Shown in pieces: positions 55,633 to 64,000 of a stretch of 64,000 bases of DNA. The notes beneath the pieces were generated by a model. The model had not been told where the DNA came from and did no database searches. It was given only the letters and a program-made list of their open reading frames with translations. The position numbers and the translations under genes are program-made. This DNA comes from Deltaproteobacteria bacterium (lineage in GTDB: Bacteria; Desulfobacterota; Syntrophobacteria; BM002): NCBI GenBank assembly GCA_022340905.1, contig JAJDNB010000095.1, positions 10,967-74,966 of the forward strand, read 5' to 3'. Position 1 is the first letter of the stretch, and each line of letters begins with the position of its first letter.

Positions 55633-56133
55633 ATGGTTCGACCGATAACCGCAGAAGTCTTTCTCGAGACTGCCAAGTCTAACATGAGGTCTGCAGAATA
55701 TTGTATGCTTATTACCTTAGGTGAGCGAGGGGAAGCCAATGCTAGACTGGTGCAGCCATTCGAACCTGAAGGGGATATGACAATATGGGTCGGCACCTGG
55801 TCAAAATCCCGAAAGGTGCGGGAAATTCTCAATGATAGGCGGGTTACTCTGGCTTTCCATGACAAAGAGGATACCGCCTATGTCACCCTCCTGGGGTCAG
55901 CCGAGATAGAGAGCGATATCAACAAGAAGCGCAAGTACTGGCGGGAAGAATGGGTCGGCTTCATCCCGCAAGGCCCCGAGGGAGAGGACTACGTGCTTGT
56001 CAAATTCACGCCCTTCCGGATTGAAATCATGAGTTTTGGTAGCGGTATTCTGCCGCAACCGTACGGCCTAAAGCCTGCCGTTTTGGTACGATCTGATGAT
56101 GTGTGGGTTCTTGTAGATAATGGCGAAAAGTAG
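55633..56133 (+). CDS. Pyridoxamine 5'-phosphate oxidase-like FMN-binding family protein (general stress protein 26-like)
   Basis: Split-barrel pattern ...ARLVQPFEPEGDMTIWVGTWSKSRKVREI..., about 166 aa. Start uncertain, 55633 or 55600. Confidence 0.7.
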   Translation: MVRPITAEVFLETAKSNMRSAEYCMLITLGERGEANARLVQPFEPEGDMTIWVGTWSKSRKVREILNDRRVTLAFHDKEDTAYVTLLGSAEIESDINKKRKYWREEWVGFIPQGPEGEDYVLVKFTPFRIEIMSFGSGILPQPYGLKPAVLVRSDDVWVLVDNGEK

Positions 56134-56397
56134 TCGACATTCCTTAAGTCATCTATCTCTCCCCTCTCATCGCATAGTGCAAAGCGCATGGCGCACAGTG
56201 TTTCTTGGTCAATTAGGCAAATAGTCGATTGGTCAAATTGTCTAATCGTAAACGGGAAACCGCGTTTCACATCCCACATCTCAAATCCGAAATCCGCAAT
56301 CCGAAATCCCAAATACTGAATCTCTTTCTTGTCTTTTTCTTCCTGAGTGTTTAATAAATCATAAAGGAGTAACTGCGGTCAACGTTAGGAGGTAAAA

Positions 56398-57357
56398 ATG
56401 AAATTACGCACTCTTGGAACTTCTGAAGTAAAAATTTCTCCGATCATAATGGGAACCTGGCAGGCAGGTAAAGATATGTGGGTAGGAATAAATGACGCTG
56501 AGACAATCAAGGCCTTGCGCGCTGCAGTTGAGGCGGGCATAACCACCATAGACACCGCGGAGTACTATGGCCATGGCCATTCAGAACGAGTTATAGGCGA
56601 AGCTCTTGCTGACGTTCGAGATCAGGTGGTATACGCCACCAAGGTTTTCCCTAACCATCTGAAGTATGACCAGGTTATGGAAGCGTGCCACAATTCACTC
56701 AAAAACCTCAGGACCGACTACCTTGATCTCTACCAGATTCACTGGCCTGCTGGTTCATGGGGAACGGAGTATGTGCCCATTGAGGAAACCATGGGGGCAC
56801 TGAATAATCTTAAAGAACAGGGCAAAATACGGGCCATTGGGGTGTCTAATTTCTCGGGAGTTCAACTAGAAGAAGCAACCGATTACGGTAGGATTGACAG
56901 TCTGCAGCCACCCTACTCTCTTTTCTGGCGTCAGGTAGAAGAAGATGGTATACCCTATTGTCTGGCAAACGATATCACCATTTTGGCTTATTCTTCCATG
57001 GCTCAGGGTCTTTTGACGGGGAAATTTGGACCCGACCATACATTTCCCAAGGGCGATCATCGCTCAAAAAACAAACTGTTCAAGCTTGAGAACTATGAGC
57101 GCGTGCAGCTGGCACTGGAAAGACTACGTCCCATCGCTGCGCGTAATGGAATTAGCATGGGGCAACTGGCCCTAGCGTGGCTCATTGCCCAGCCGGGGAC
57201 GAGTGCAATTGCCGGAGCACGGAATGCTGAGCAAGTGAGGCAAAATGCCAAGGCCGGTGAAATTAGTCTTACTCCAACCGATTTAGAAGAAATCGATCTC
57301 ATCGGGAGGAGTGTCACCGATCACTTGGGAGATGATCCGGTAATGTGGGAGTTTTAG
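56398..57357 (+). CDS. Aldo/keto reductase
   Basis: IDTAEYYGHGHSERVIGEAL ... AIGVSNF ... LAWLIAQPG, canonical AKR motifs. Confidence 0.9.
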   Translation: MKLRTLGTSEVKISPIIMGTWQAGKDMWVGINDAETIKALRAAVEAGITTIDTAEYYGHGHSERVIGEALADVRDQVVYATKVFPNHLKYDQVMEACHNSLKNLRTDYLDLYQIHWPAGSWGTEYVPIEETMGALNNLKEQGKIRAIGVSNFSGVQLEEATDYGRIDSLQPPYSLFWRQVEEDGIPYCLANDITILAYSSMAQGLLTGKFGPDHTFPKGDHRSKNKLFKLENYERVQLALERLRPIAARNGISMGQLALAWLIAQPGTSAIAGARNAEQVRQNAKAGEISLTPTDLEEIDLIGRSVTDHLGDDPVMWEF

Positions 57358-57368
57358 GAGATTATCTA

Positions 57369-58568
57369 TCAGGTAAAAACCCTGACCATGAGGGGAATAG
57401 CAACAAAAGTTCCCAGTGAACTTCCTATATTGGTAAATACCACGACCAGAAGAATTCGGGTTATCTTGTTCCTCCAAAATCCTTTTAGCGAGGAAATATC
57501 CTCAGGCAAGCTCTCGAAATCCTTAACCTTTGGCTTTCCCACAAAAGCCTCGACAAAGCCGGAAACCCACCCAGCGGCAATCATGGGATTAAGTGAAGTT
57601 AGCGGCGCGGAGACAACAGCGGAAAGAATGGTCAAAGGATGAGCAAATGCCAGGGTGGCACCAAGACCGGCCAGTATACTGTTAGCCAAGATCCACCACT
57701 TGAGCATGGTGGTGGTTGTGGCGCTTCCTGCAGTGAAAAAGCCAAGGACAAATAATGCCAGTATCAGCAAGGGAATAATCCACTTTAGTGCACTGACAAT
57801 TTTATTCCTTGGCGGAATATGGTTCAGCGGCGCGATATCTATGGGAAGGTCCCAATAATGCTTTATTCCAGGAACGTGCCCGGCACCAACCACGGCAACA
57901 ATGTTCTTCCCTGGAGCAGTTCTAATTTTGTGAGTAAGGTACTGATCTCTTTCGTCAATGAGAATGTGTTTTACTTCGGGCAGCTCTTCACCTATTTCTG
58001 AAAGCAACGTTTCAAGTACATCTCTCTTCTTCATTTCTTCAATTTGTTCTTCAGTTATGGACTCCAGTGCACCTGCTGAGGTAATAAGTTGGGCCAAAAG
58101 TTTAATCTTGGTCCAAAGACCCATTAGTCGCCAGGTTCTCGCTAATGTGATACGTATATCCCTGTCTGCGAGATGAACCTCGGCGTCCATCCTCTCGGCC
58201 GCCTCAATGGCGCGTATCATTTCTTCACCGGGTTTGATACCAAGTTTATGGCCAATCTTCTTCTGGAAATAGGCAAGAATGAGATTTGACAGCAAAAGAA
58301 AAGATTTTTTATCCTTGATCACCTTGAAGATATTTGCCTCTTGCCAGGTTTTCTTTTGTGTTAGAGATTCATATCTTGACTTACAAAGTTCCACACAGAC
58401 TGTATCTGGTTTTTTCTCATTCAGTACCTGATTGACCAAATCGACGCTTTCCCTCGAGACATGAGCTGTGCCCACGAGGTGGATGTCTTTACCCTCAAAG
58501 GTTAGATGGTGTATGTCGTCTCTGACCATTGCTATTTCGGCTGAAGATACTCCTCGAGAAGTAACCAA
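57369..58568 (-). CDS. TraB/GumN-family protein with C-terminal membrane domain
   Basis: HLVGTAHVSRESVDLV ... CVELC TraB signature. Hydrophobic C-terminal third. Confidence 0.8.
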   Translation of the reverse strand: MVTSRGVSSAEIAMVRDDIHHLTFEGKDIHLVGTAHVSRESVDLVNQVLNEKKPDTVCVELCKSRYESLTQKKTWQEANIFKVIKDKKSFLLLSNLILAYFQKKIGHKLGIKPGEEMIRAIEAAERMDAEVHLADRDIRITLARTWRLMGLWTKIKLLAQLITSAGALESITEEQIEEMKKRDVLETLLSEIGEELPEVKHILIDERDQYLTHKIRTAPGKNIVAVVGAGHVPGIKHYWDLPIDIAPLNHIPPRNKIVSALKWIIPLLILALFVLGFFTAGSATTTTMLKWWILANSILAGLGATLAFAHPLTILSAVVSAPLTSLNPMIAAGWVSGFVEAFVGKPKVKDFESLPEDISSLKGFWRNKITRILLVVVFTNIGSSLGTFVAIPLMVRVFT

Positions 58569-58742
58569 CTTAATGTAAGTGCTCTTGAACGTGAAAGCAA
58601 GACAAGATAAGAGGCTCTTCTGAAAATAAGGTTCCAGTTTTCAGGGGTTACTCAGGTACCAGATGTCAGGTTTCAGGAAAAATAAACAAAAATGCTAAAC
58701 TAAAATTTTGAATAGTTATGCCTGAAACTCAAACCTGGAATC

Positions 58743-59636
58743 TCAGACAGGATGGGCGTCTTTAAGTTCGCTGATGAAGTTAGCGAATGATATTGAGGAG
58801 AAATACACTGTTTTTGTCTGTGGTCCGAAGCAGATTTCATCGCAATCAGCAACTTTGTATTGTTCAAAAGGCTTGAGAACCTTTCCGTTCAGCAGTGTTC
58901 CATTCTTGGAGCCGCAGTCGACGATGTAACAGTCTTGGGAGGAGGGATGGAGGTAAAAGTAAGCATGTGTCTTGGACACCAAATTGTCATAGATCACTAT
59001 GTCGTTAGTTGCTGCGCGTCCAATGGCAACAGTGTTTTTCGCCGTGTCAAATTTCCTTTTCCTCACTTCTATAACTTTTGCATCATAAATGTTGCCCATT
59101 GAGAAATCTCGCTTGATTACTCGCATGGACTGATCCTCATCGAGCGCTAAGGTGTTGAACTGAAAAACTGCATTGTTAGTTCTCTCACCTGCAGACTTCT
59201 CTACGAGAAAGCCATGTGGGTTAGCTCTTATTAGGTCAACGAATTCTAGATCGGATACAGAACGAAGATAATAGGAAATTTCCTTGTATCTGAATTTTAT
59301 AGCGATCTCCGAGTGTTCGACTTTTTGGAATTCTTGTAATTCCCTGGCGAATTCCAGAGCGACACCTTCTTTCTTATTATCCACTCGCCTGACAATTGCA
59401 TTGCCGCGCAAGCCGAACATCTTTTCTCTATTAGTGAAGCTGGGAGGCAAGAATAGAGTGACAATTGCTTGATCACCAGTCTGGAAGGAGCGCCAGTCTC
59501 TTGTTCTTATATAGACACCGCCTTGGCTGATATTCTCAGTTAAACCCTCAATTTCGTATTTAACTTTGGCGTTGAACAGCCTGGCTTCAAACTGACGTTG
59601 CATGCGAACGTGTTTTCTCCGTTCACGAGAGGTCAT
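58743..59636 (-). CDS. PilZ-FHA two-domain protein
   Basis: N-terminus RRKHVRMQRQ ... ENISQGGVYIR (PilZ). C-terminus VAIGRAATNDIVIYDNLVSKTHAYF...GSKNGTLLNGKVL (FHA). Confidence 0.7.
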   Translation of the reverse strand: MTSRERRKHVRMQRQFEARLFNAKVKYEIEGLTENISQGGVYIRTRDWRSFQTGDQAIVTLFLPPSFTNREKMFGLRGNAIVRRVDNKKEGVALEFARELQEFQKVEHSEIAIKFRYKEISYYLRSVSDLEFVDLIRANPHGFLVEKSAGERTNNAVFQFNTLALDEDQSMRVIKRDFSMGNIYDAKVIEVRKRKFDTAKNTVAIGRAATNDIVIYDNLVSKTHAYFYLHPSSQDCYIVDCGSKNGTLLNGKVLKPFEQYKVADCDEICFGPQTKTVYFSSISFANFISELKDAHPV

Positions 59637-59925
59637 GTAGATACTGTCTTCCCTTGGTGCGCTTTTAGGTTAGAGCGAGCACAGCTCGCCATTCTTAAAT
59701 TTAGAAAATCTGCAATTTTTATGCCCACTTACCAAACAAAACATGAAGAGCTATATACCTCGATTTGCATCCAGTCCCTGTGCGCCCGGGTCCTTCCCTT
59801 GCCCATTTTGATGTTCAGTTGCACAGGGTGATGGGCATGTTGGTACAGATTTTTCTGTCATTCCGAAAAAAAAATTGTGGTAGAGTTTAGAGAAAATTGA
59901 ACCCATGGACTGGGAGGGGGAGGAT

Positions 59926-60546
59926 ATGGCTGTAATCTCGGTTTACAAGAGTTTTGCTACCGGAGGCCGAGAACTGGGCCGAGTTCTTGCGAAAAAGCTC
60001 GGTTATCAATATGTTGACAAGTCTCTTTTTCAAGAAGTTGCCGAAGCACTGCATGTATCGGAAGGAACTCTGGAATCATTTGAGAAAAGCCGGCAGTACC
60101 GGATATCGAATGTTTTTTCAAATCTTTTCAGTAGAAGTTACATTCAACGAATTGTGGGATACGACAAATCAGTAGTGGAGGAGAAAGCGTATCAGAGTAG
60201 TCTAGAGAGGTTGGTTCTCTCCGTAGCAGAAGAAGATAACGCTGTGATTATTGGCAGGGCATCTCACTACTTTTTGAGAGACAAGGAGAACTGTTTTCGA
60301 TTTCGGCTAATTGCTCCGATGGAGTTCCGTCTAAGATACGCGGTGGACAAACATGGCGTTTCACCGGACCAAGCCCAAAGTGTCGTAGAAAGGAGAGATA
60401 GAAACCACCAGTGGTTTCACCGCTCAGTCTGTGGGGACAATTACGACGACCCACTGCTGTTTCACCTGACAGTAAACACAGGATTTATTTCTATCGATAA
60501 GGCAGCTGGCATTATACTGTCAATAGTTGGATCAACCAAAAAATAG
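59926..60546 (+). CDS. Cytidylate-kinase-like family (P-loop NTPase) protein
   Basis: Start MAVISV behind GGGAGGGGGAGG. Glycine-rich N-terminal segment and overall pattern of the cytidylate_kin2 family. Confidence 0.6.
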   Translation: MAVISVYKSFATGGRELGRVLAKKLGYQYVDKSLFQEVAEALHVSEGTLESFEKSRQYRISNVFSNLFSRSYIQRIVGYDKSVVEEKAYQSSLERLVLSVAEEDNAVIIGRASHYFLRDKENCFRFRLIAPMEFRLRYAVDKHGVSPDQAQSVVERRDRNHQWFHRSVCGDNYDDPLLFHLTVNTGFISIDKAAGIILSIVGSTKK

Positions 60547-60554
60547 ACTGGGGC

Positions 60555-61328
60555 TTATTTCTTCGGCACCAGAATTATCTCTATGCGGCGATTTTGACGC
60601 CTACCCTCTGGAGTGTCGTTCGAGGCTACCGGTCTATAGTAGCTGTAGGCCGCTACCGAAAGCCTTTCTGGCTCCAACCATCCTTTCTCCTGGAGAAAAC
60701 GAGCAACTCCTATGGCCCGAGCTGCTGATAATTCCCAATTGGTGGGATATTTGTCCATCAAGGCCAGTCCTATGGGAACATCGTCAGTGTGGCCTTCGAC
60801 TACTATGTTCTGGTTTTTGTTTTCCCTCAGTGAGTCAGCCAACTCCAGAAGTGCCTCTTGACCTCTCTTGCCAATTTTCACTTTTCCGGTGTCAAATAGA
60901 ATTTTATCCACAAAAGTTACCTTTAGTTTTCCCTCTATTTCCTCAATCTTGACTTCCTGGGCTTCTATCTGCTCTTTCAAGCTGCTCTCTATTTTCACCT
61001 TTGTTGCGTGAAGCTCTCTGATAAGCCTTGTTTGCTCTTCAATAATTGATTCTTTTTTTTCAATGTCGTTTCTCAGGTCTTCCATCCTTCTGGAAAGTTG
61101 AGTCTTCTCGCCTTCTCTCTCTTTCATTCTTCCTTGACAGTCTGCCAAGCTGTCCATGCACTTTTCCTTGCTTTCGTCAGTATAGGAAAGCCTACTATTA
61201 GTATAGGCAAGCTGCTCATTAGTTCGGGCAAGATCGGATTCGAGTTGTACGTACTTCGATTTAGAAACACAGGCGGAAAGCAAAAATACTACTGAACAAG
61301 AAATCAATAATAGTCGTTTGTTAAACAT
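60555..61328 (-). CDS. OmpA-family lipoprotein with coiled-coil linker
   Basis: MFNKRLLLISCSVVFLLSAC lipobox. C-terminal OmpA/MotB peptidoglycan-binding domain (NIVVEGHTDDVP ... NRRIEIIL). RBS AAGGGGGAGAGG. The ORF-track start at 61505 is an extension. Confidence 0.8.
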   Translation of the reverse strand: MFNKRLLLISCSVVFLLSACVSKSKYVQLESDLARTNEQLAYTNSRLSYTDESKEKCMDSLADCQGRMKEREGEKTQLSRRMEDLRNDIEKKESIIEEQTRLIRELHATKVKIESSLKEQIEAQEVKIEEIEGKLKVTFVDKILFDTGKVKIGKRGQEALLELADSLRENKNQNIVVEGHTDDVPIGLALMDKYPTNWELSAARAIGVARFLQEKGWLEPERLSVAAYSYYRPVASNDTPEGRRQNRRIEIILVPKK

Positions 61329-61663
61329 AGCCTCTCCCCCTTTAGTACGGTAAACCCCCAACAGGTTTTTACCCGATCTCCATCTGATGAGTTTTTCATC
61401 ACGAGCAGCGCAAGCTTGTCCACTTTCCCTTTTAAACACAAGACTGAAGACGGATCGAGATACCTTTATTGTCGATAACATAGTGAAATGACAAATCTCA
61501 GTCAATAGGGGAATTTAGCATATGGCAAATAAAAATTGATTTCTCGCTAGGAAAATTAATTGAATGGTGGGATTGGTCACATGAGCGGTCAGATAACTAG
61601 ATCCAAGTAAAGTATAAATTTGTTCACCACAAGTTACGGGCAGGATACGGAGTGGGGGGTGCG

Positions 61664-61882
61664 TTAGATCAGACTTCGAAGGACCGGTTTAATTCTTCTG
61701 ACATCATTTGGCAGTAAGCCTTTGGGTACGTAAAAATTCCCAAGAGATTGCGAGAATTGGTAACGGGCACAAGCCGAATAATCTCCGTGACAATATTTTT
61801 GCAGCAGCTCAAATGCTTGAGATTGTGGATCTATTGTATTCTTATAAAACCAACAATCTCCGTATATTTCACAGCGAGACAT
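61664..61882 (-). CDS. Small Cys-rich hypothetical protein
   Basis: MSRCEIYGDCWFYK ... YCHGDYSACARY, four Cys in a C-x5-C / C-x6-C arrangement. RBS GAGGTGA. Confidence 0.4.
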   Translation of the reverse strand: MSRCEIYGDCWFYKNTIDPQSQAFELLQKYCHGDYSACARYQFSQSLGNFYVPKGLLPNDVRRIKPVLRSLI

Positions 61883-61991
61883 TTTTATCACCTCAATTCA
61901 AGGCTGTCCCTGACCTCAAAATTTCCCAGCTGGAAGCGCGTACATACTCACGCTTTCCTAGTGGTGCCGGCTGATTTTTCTCACTAGACAA

Positions 61992-62008
61992 TTGCAAATG
62001 GTGTGCCC
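61992..62008 (-). promoter_or_regulatory. Sigma-54-type -24/-12 promoter candidate upstream of the Cys-rich small ORF
   Basis: Minus strand reads GGGCAC-ACCAT-TTGCA versus consensus TGGCAC-N5-TTGCW, with GG/GC spacing correct and one mismatch. No enhancer-binding protein lies in the window. Confidence 0.3.
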
Positions 62009-62140
62009 AAGGTGAGGATTCATGATTGAAGATTTCAAAAGGCATAGAGCATAGGGCATAGAGTCCGATGACAGACGACGGAGGGCAGAAGGCGGAGGAC
62101 AGATTTCGGATTCAGGATTTCTTATTGTGGCTTGAGTATT

Positions 62141-62869
62141 CTAGTCGGGGGTGCTGAGTCTTCTGAGTGCTTTTTTCAATGCGGCGATGTGGACGTCACC
62201 AGCGAAATGAACTGGGCTCTTTCCGTGGATGGGATCCCAACCAGAAGGATCTGCTGAGCAGAAGAACTGGGTTTCAAGTCCAATGCGGAATATGGCATCC
62301 TCGACTGGTAAACCCTCTACCCGTTTAGCTGCATCCCACGTTGCTCCACAAGGGGCACCTCGGATCACCTCGACGCTGGTCACCTTCTCCTCCGCGGTTT
62401 CTACTTCAAACTCTGGAGAACCGAATAATTCCCCGTATTGACCCAGGCCGACCTGCCTGGAAAGACCGCATCAAGTTGGGGGGACAAAAATCCTCTGGCC
62501 TTTCACTTTTTTGCCCGAGGCAACTACTGGGATTTTACTCCTGGCGCAGGCAGCGGCGAGATCGTGCGAGAGGTCAGGATGTTTCAAAAAGTCCAAAACC
62601 AGGTCTGCCTGAATATCTTCGGGTAAATACTCCGAAGTATTATCGAGGATCGGAGGCAAGGGCTCGTCGATAGATATTGTCTCAATGATAAAAAAATCCT
62701 TTCCGTATTTTTTTATGCCCCGTATTTTCTTTTCACCGCTGCCATTCTGTTGAAATACCAAGATTCTTTGAGGGTTAGCAGATTTTAGTGTTTCGCCTTC
62801 CCCGGGAATGAAGCAACCTTTGCACTTCTCTGTGATCACTGATAGCGACCTTTCAGCCAGCGGTGTCAT
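62141..62869 (-). CDS. Cys-rich selenoprotein candidate of about 242 aa, with an in-frame UGA at 62471-62473 joining two ORF-track ORFs
   Basis: ORFs 62471-62869 and 62141-62383 are in the same frame, separated only by TGA. Read-through gives ...RIFVPPT-U-CGLSRQVGLGQYGELFGSPEFEVETAEEKVTSVEV... The hairpin CCAGGC-AGGUCG-GCCUGG starts 14 nt after the UGA and contains CAGGUCGGC. N-terminal CKGC, later APCG and FFCSADP. Start overlaps the upstream PilZ gene stop (ATGA). Confidence 0.65.
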
Positions 62870-63204
62870 TTAAAATCGGTATCATTTAGGAGTCGGGAAA
62901 CAGCATCCGATATAAACTGGCGATCCTCGTCAGACATCTCAACGAAACGGACTCCCATCCCGAGAGCCAAAACCTTACCTGCCCATATCACCTCCGCTGT
63001 GATCTTTAAAACGGCCGATTCGGGAGGTCTAATGGTCAAAGAGACTCGCTCTCCTGGTTCCGGTGTCTCATCGCAGTGGATATAGGCACCGCCAATCCCG
63101 AGATTTCTCAGCTTGGCTTCAATTATACCCCCCGCGCTTTCGATGGTAACAGGCCATCTGATCTCTGCTCTTGGGTAAGTACGCCTGTCTTCAACGGGAA
63201 TCAT
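62866..63204 (-). CDS. PilZ-domain protein
   Basis: RRTYPRAEIRWPV ... NLGIGGAYIH PilZ motifs. Translationally coupled to the selenoprotein gene. Confidence 0.7.
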   Translation of the reverse strand: MIPVEDRRTYPRAEIRWPVTIESAGGIIEAKLRNLGIGGAYIHCDETPEPGERVSLTIRPPESAVLKITAEVIWAGKVLALGMGVRFVEMSDEDRQFISDAVSRLLNDTDFK

Positions 63205-63494
63205 CTACTCACCCCCTAGATCTCGAAAGTGTTTCTCTTGCAAGTCTAGAGTAGCACCATCTAATACCTGTCGTATTTCCCCTTTATTGTTCCTATACCT
63301 TGTACAACAACTGGAAAAATCAAACAACACCTTTATGAAATCAGAGAAAACCTGATCCCTTCATCAGGTTAAGGTTACATAGCTTTGCCACTAAAGATTA
63401 CGAGCGGTTTTGGAGTAGTGAGGTCCTGGAGTATGGGCATGCCGTCGCATGAGGAAAAGATCACTGAACCCAGGTATGGTGTGGCTACCTCGGC

Positions 63495-63575
63495 TTCTTT
63501 TTATATAAAAAAAGGCCCCTTAGCAATTTAGATAGTATAAGAGCTTGGTGCTTAGGGGCCACTTCCAGTGGAGGG
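63495..63575 (-). terminator. Rho-independent terminator after the MoaD/ThiS-like gene
   Basis: On the minus strand: GGCCCCTAAGCA-(loop)-TGCTAAGGGGCC followed by TTTTTTTATAT. Confidence 0.45.
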
Positions 63576-63653
63576 GATCACCCTCCTTAATTGGACTGAG
63601 ATATCTACATCACAGCTTCGCCCAATGTCAAGAGAAAAGTAGAGGATGAAAGC

Positions 63654-63905
63654 CTAGCCTCCTCCGAGAAAGGGAAGGAAGGTAACATTGTCTTTGTTCT
63701 TGAGTACCCTTTCCATGGAGGAAAGCTTGTTGTTTACTGCCACGAGAACGCCATCATCCAGAAATGGCAAATGAGGATAACTTTCCCTTATATAGGATAA
63801 AAGGTCGACGACTCGAGTTTCTCTTGCGAGAGGGACCTGAATCTGGTCTGTTTGAGCACGAGCCCTCTGCAATCCAAGAAATGTCACTGATACGTACATC
63901 GGCAT
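63654..63905 (-). CDS. MoaD/ThiS-family ubiquitin-like sulfur-carrier protein
   Basis: 83 aa ending in the diagnostic C-terminal Gly-Gly (..VTFLPFLGGG), beta-grasp-like pattern. Confidence 0.7.
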   Translation of the reverse strand: MPMYVSVTFLGLQRARAQTDQIQVPLARETRVVDLLSYIRESYPHLPFLDDGVLVAVNNKLSSMERVLKNKDNVTFLPFLGGG

Positions 63906-64000
63906 GGCCTTGTTGTTACCAATTTAAGATAACTTCGTAAGGTCGCTGCAACCCTGGGTGAGTGCAGCAAAGTTCTCAAACACCGTATGCCTGAAGCAGC

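Noticed and set aside
63924-64000. Partial minus-strand reading frame ending ...GCSDLTKLS-stop at the right window edge
   Set aside because: Only 25 codons are visible, too short to assign. It may be the 3' end of a gene continuing beyond the window.
1-64000. Searched for CRISPR arrays, tRNA/rRNA genes, transposases, integrases and phage genes
   Set aside because: None seen. The repeats are short palindromic/REP-like elements without spacers of CRISPR type. No cloverleaf-compatible tRNA sequences or IS terminal inverted repeats with a transposase ORF were recognised.

Overview
The window is a 64 kb chromosomal segment of about 50% GC, read entirely from the sequence, whose gene content fits an anaerobic Desulfobacterota-type genome (possibly a Desulfomonile/Syntrophobacter-like sulfate reducer or syntroph). 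Coding density is high, and the dominant feature is a nitrogen-oxide block. It holds Ni-CO dehydrogenase cooS divergent from hybrid-cluster protein hcp with a TTGAC-N4-GTCAA site between them, then a complete narGHJI operon plus an MFS nitrate/nitrite transporter, then an NrfH-type tetraheme quinol dehydrogenase with an octaheme HAO-family cytochrome c. Further downstream lie the mercury-methylation pair hgcA-hgcB directly followed by copZ-copA, a methylmalonyl-CoA pathway cluster (mutase large subunit, B12-binding subunit, MeaB, epimerase, carboxyltransferase), two large PAS hybrid histidine kinases, four PilZ-domain proteins and assorted housekeeping genes (efp, ychF, ftsB). The most notable finding is two selenoprotein genes that the stop-to-stop ORF track splits or misses. 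One is a 68-codon glutaredoxin-like gene with an in-frame UGA at 2311-2313. The other is a gene of about 243 codons at 62141-62869, read through a UGA at 62471-62473. Both carry the same CAGGUCGGC hairpin core 19-21 nt after the UGA, closely resembling the E. coli fdhF SECIS apical loop. Also notable are a tandem triplicated family of 66-aa proteins sitting behind a HisKA-only protein and a stand-alone receiver, and a MerR-pseudo-cyclase fusion. Intergenic regions are filled with a dispersed palindromic repeat family (GGTTTCAGGTGTCAGG arms), a CATAGAGCATAGGGCATAGAG family and several short-period degenerate repeats. No rRNA, tRNA, CRISPR array or obvious transposase or integrase was seen.
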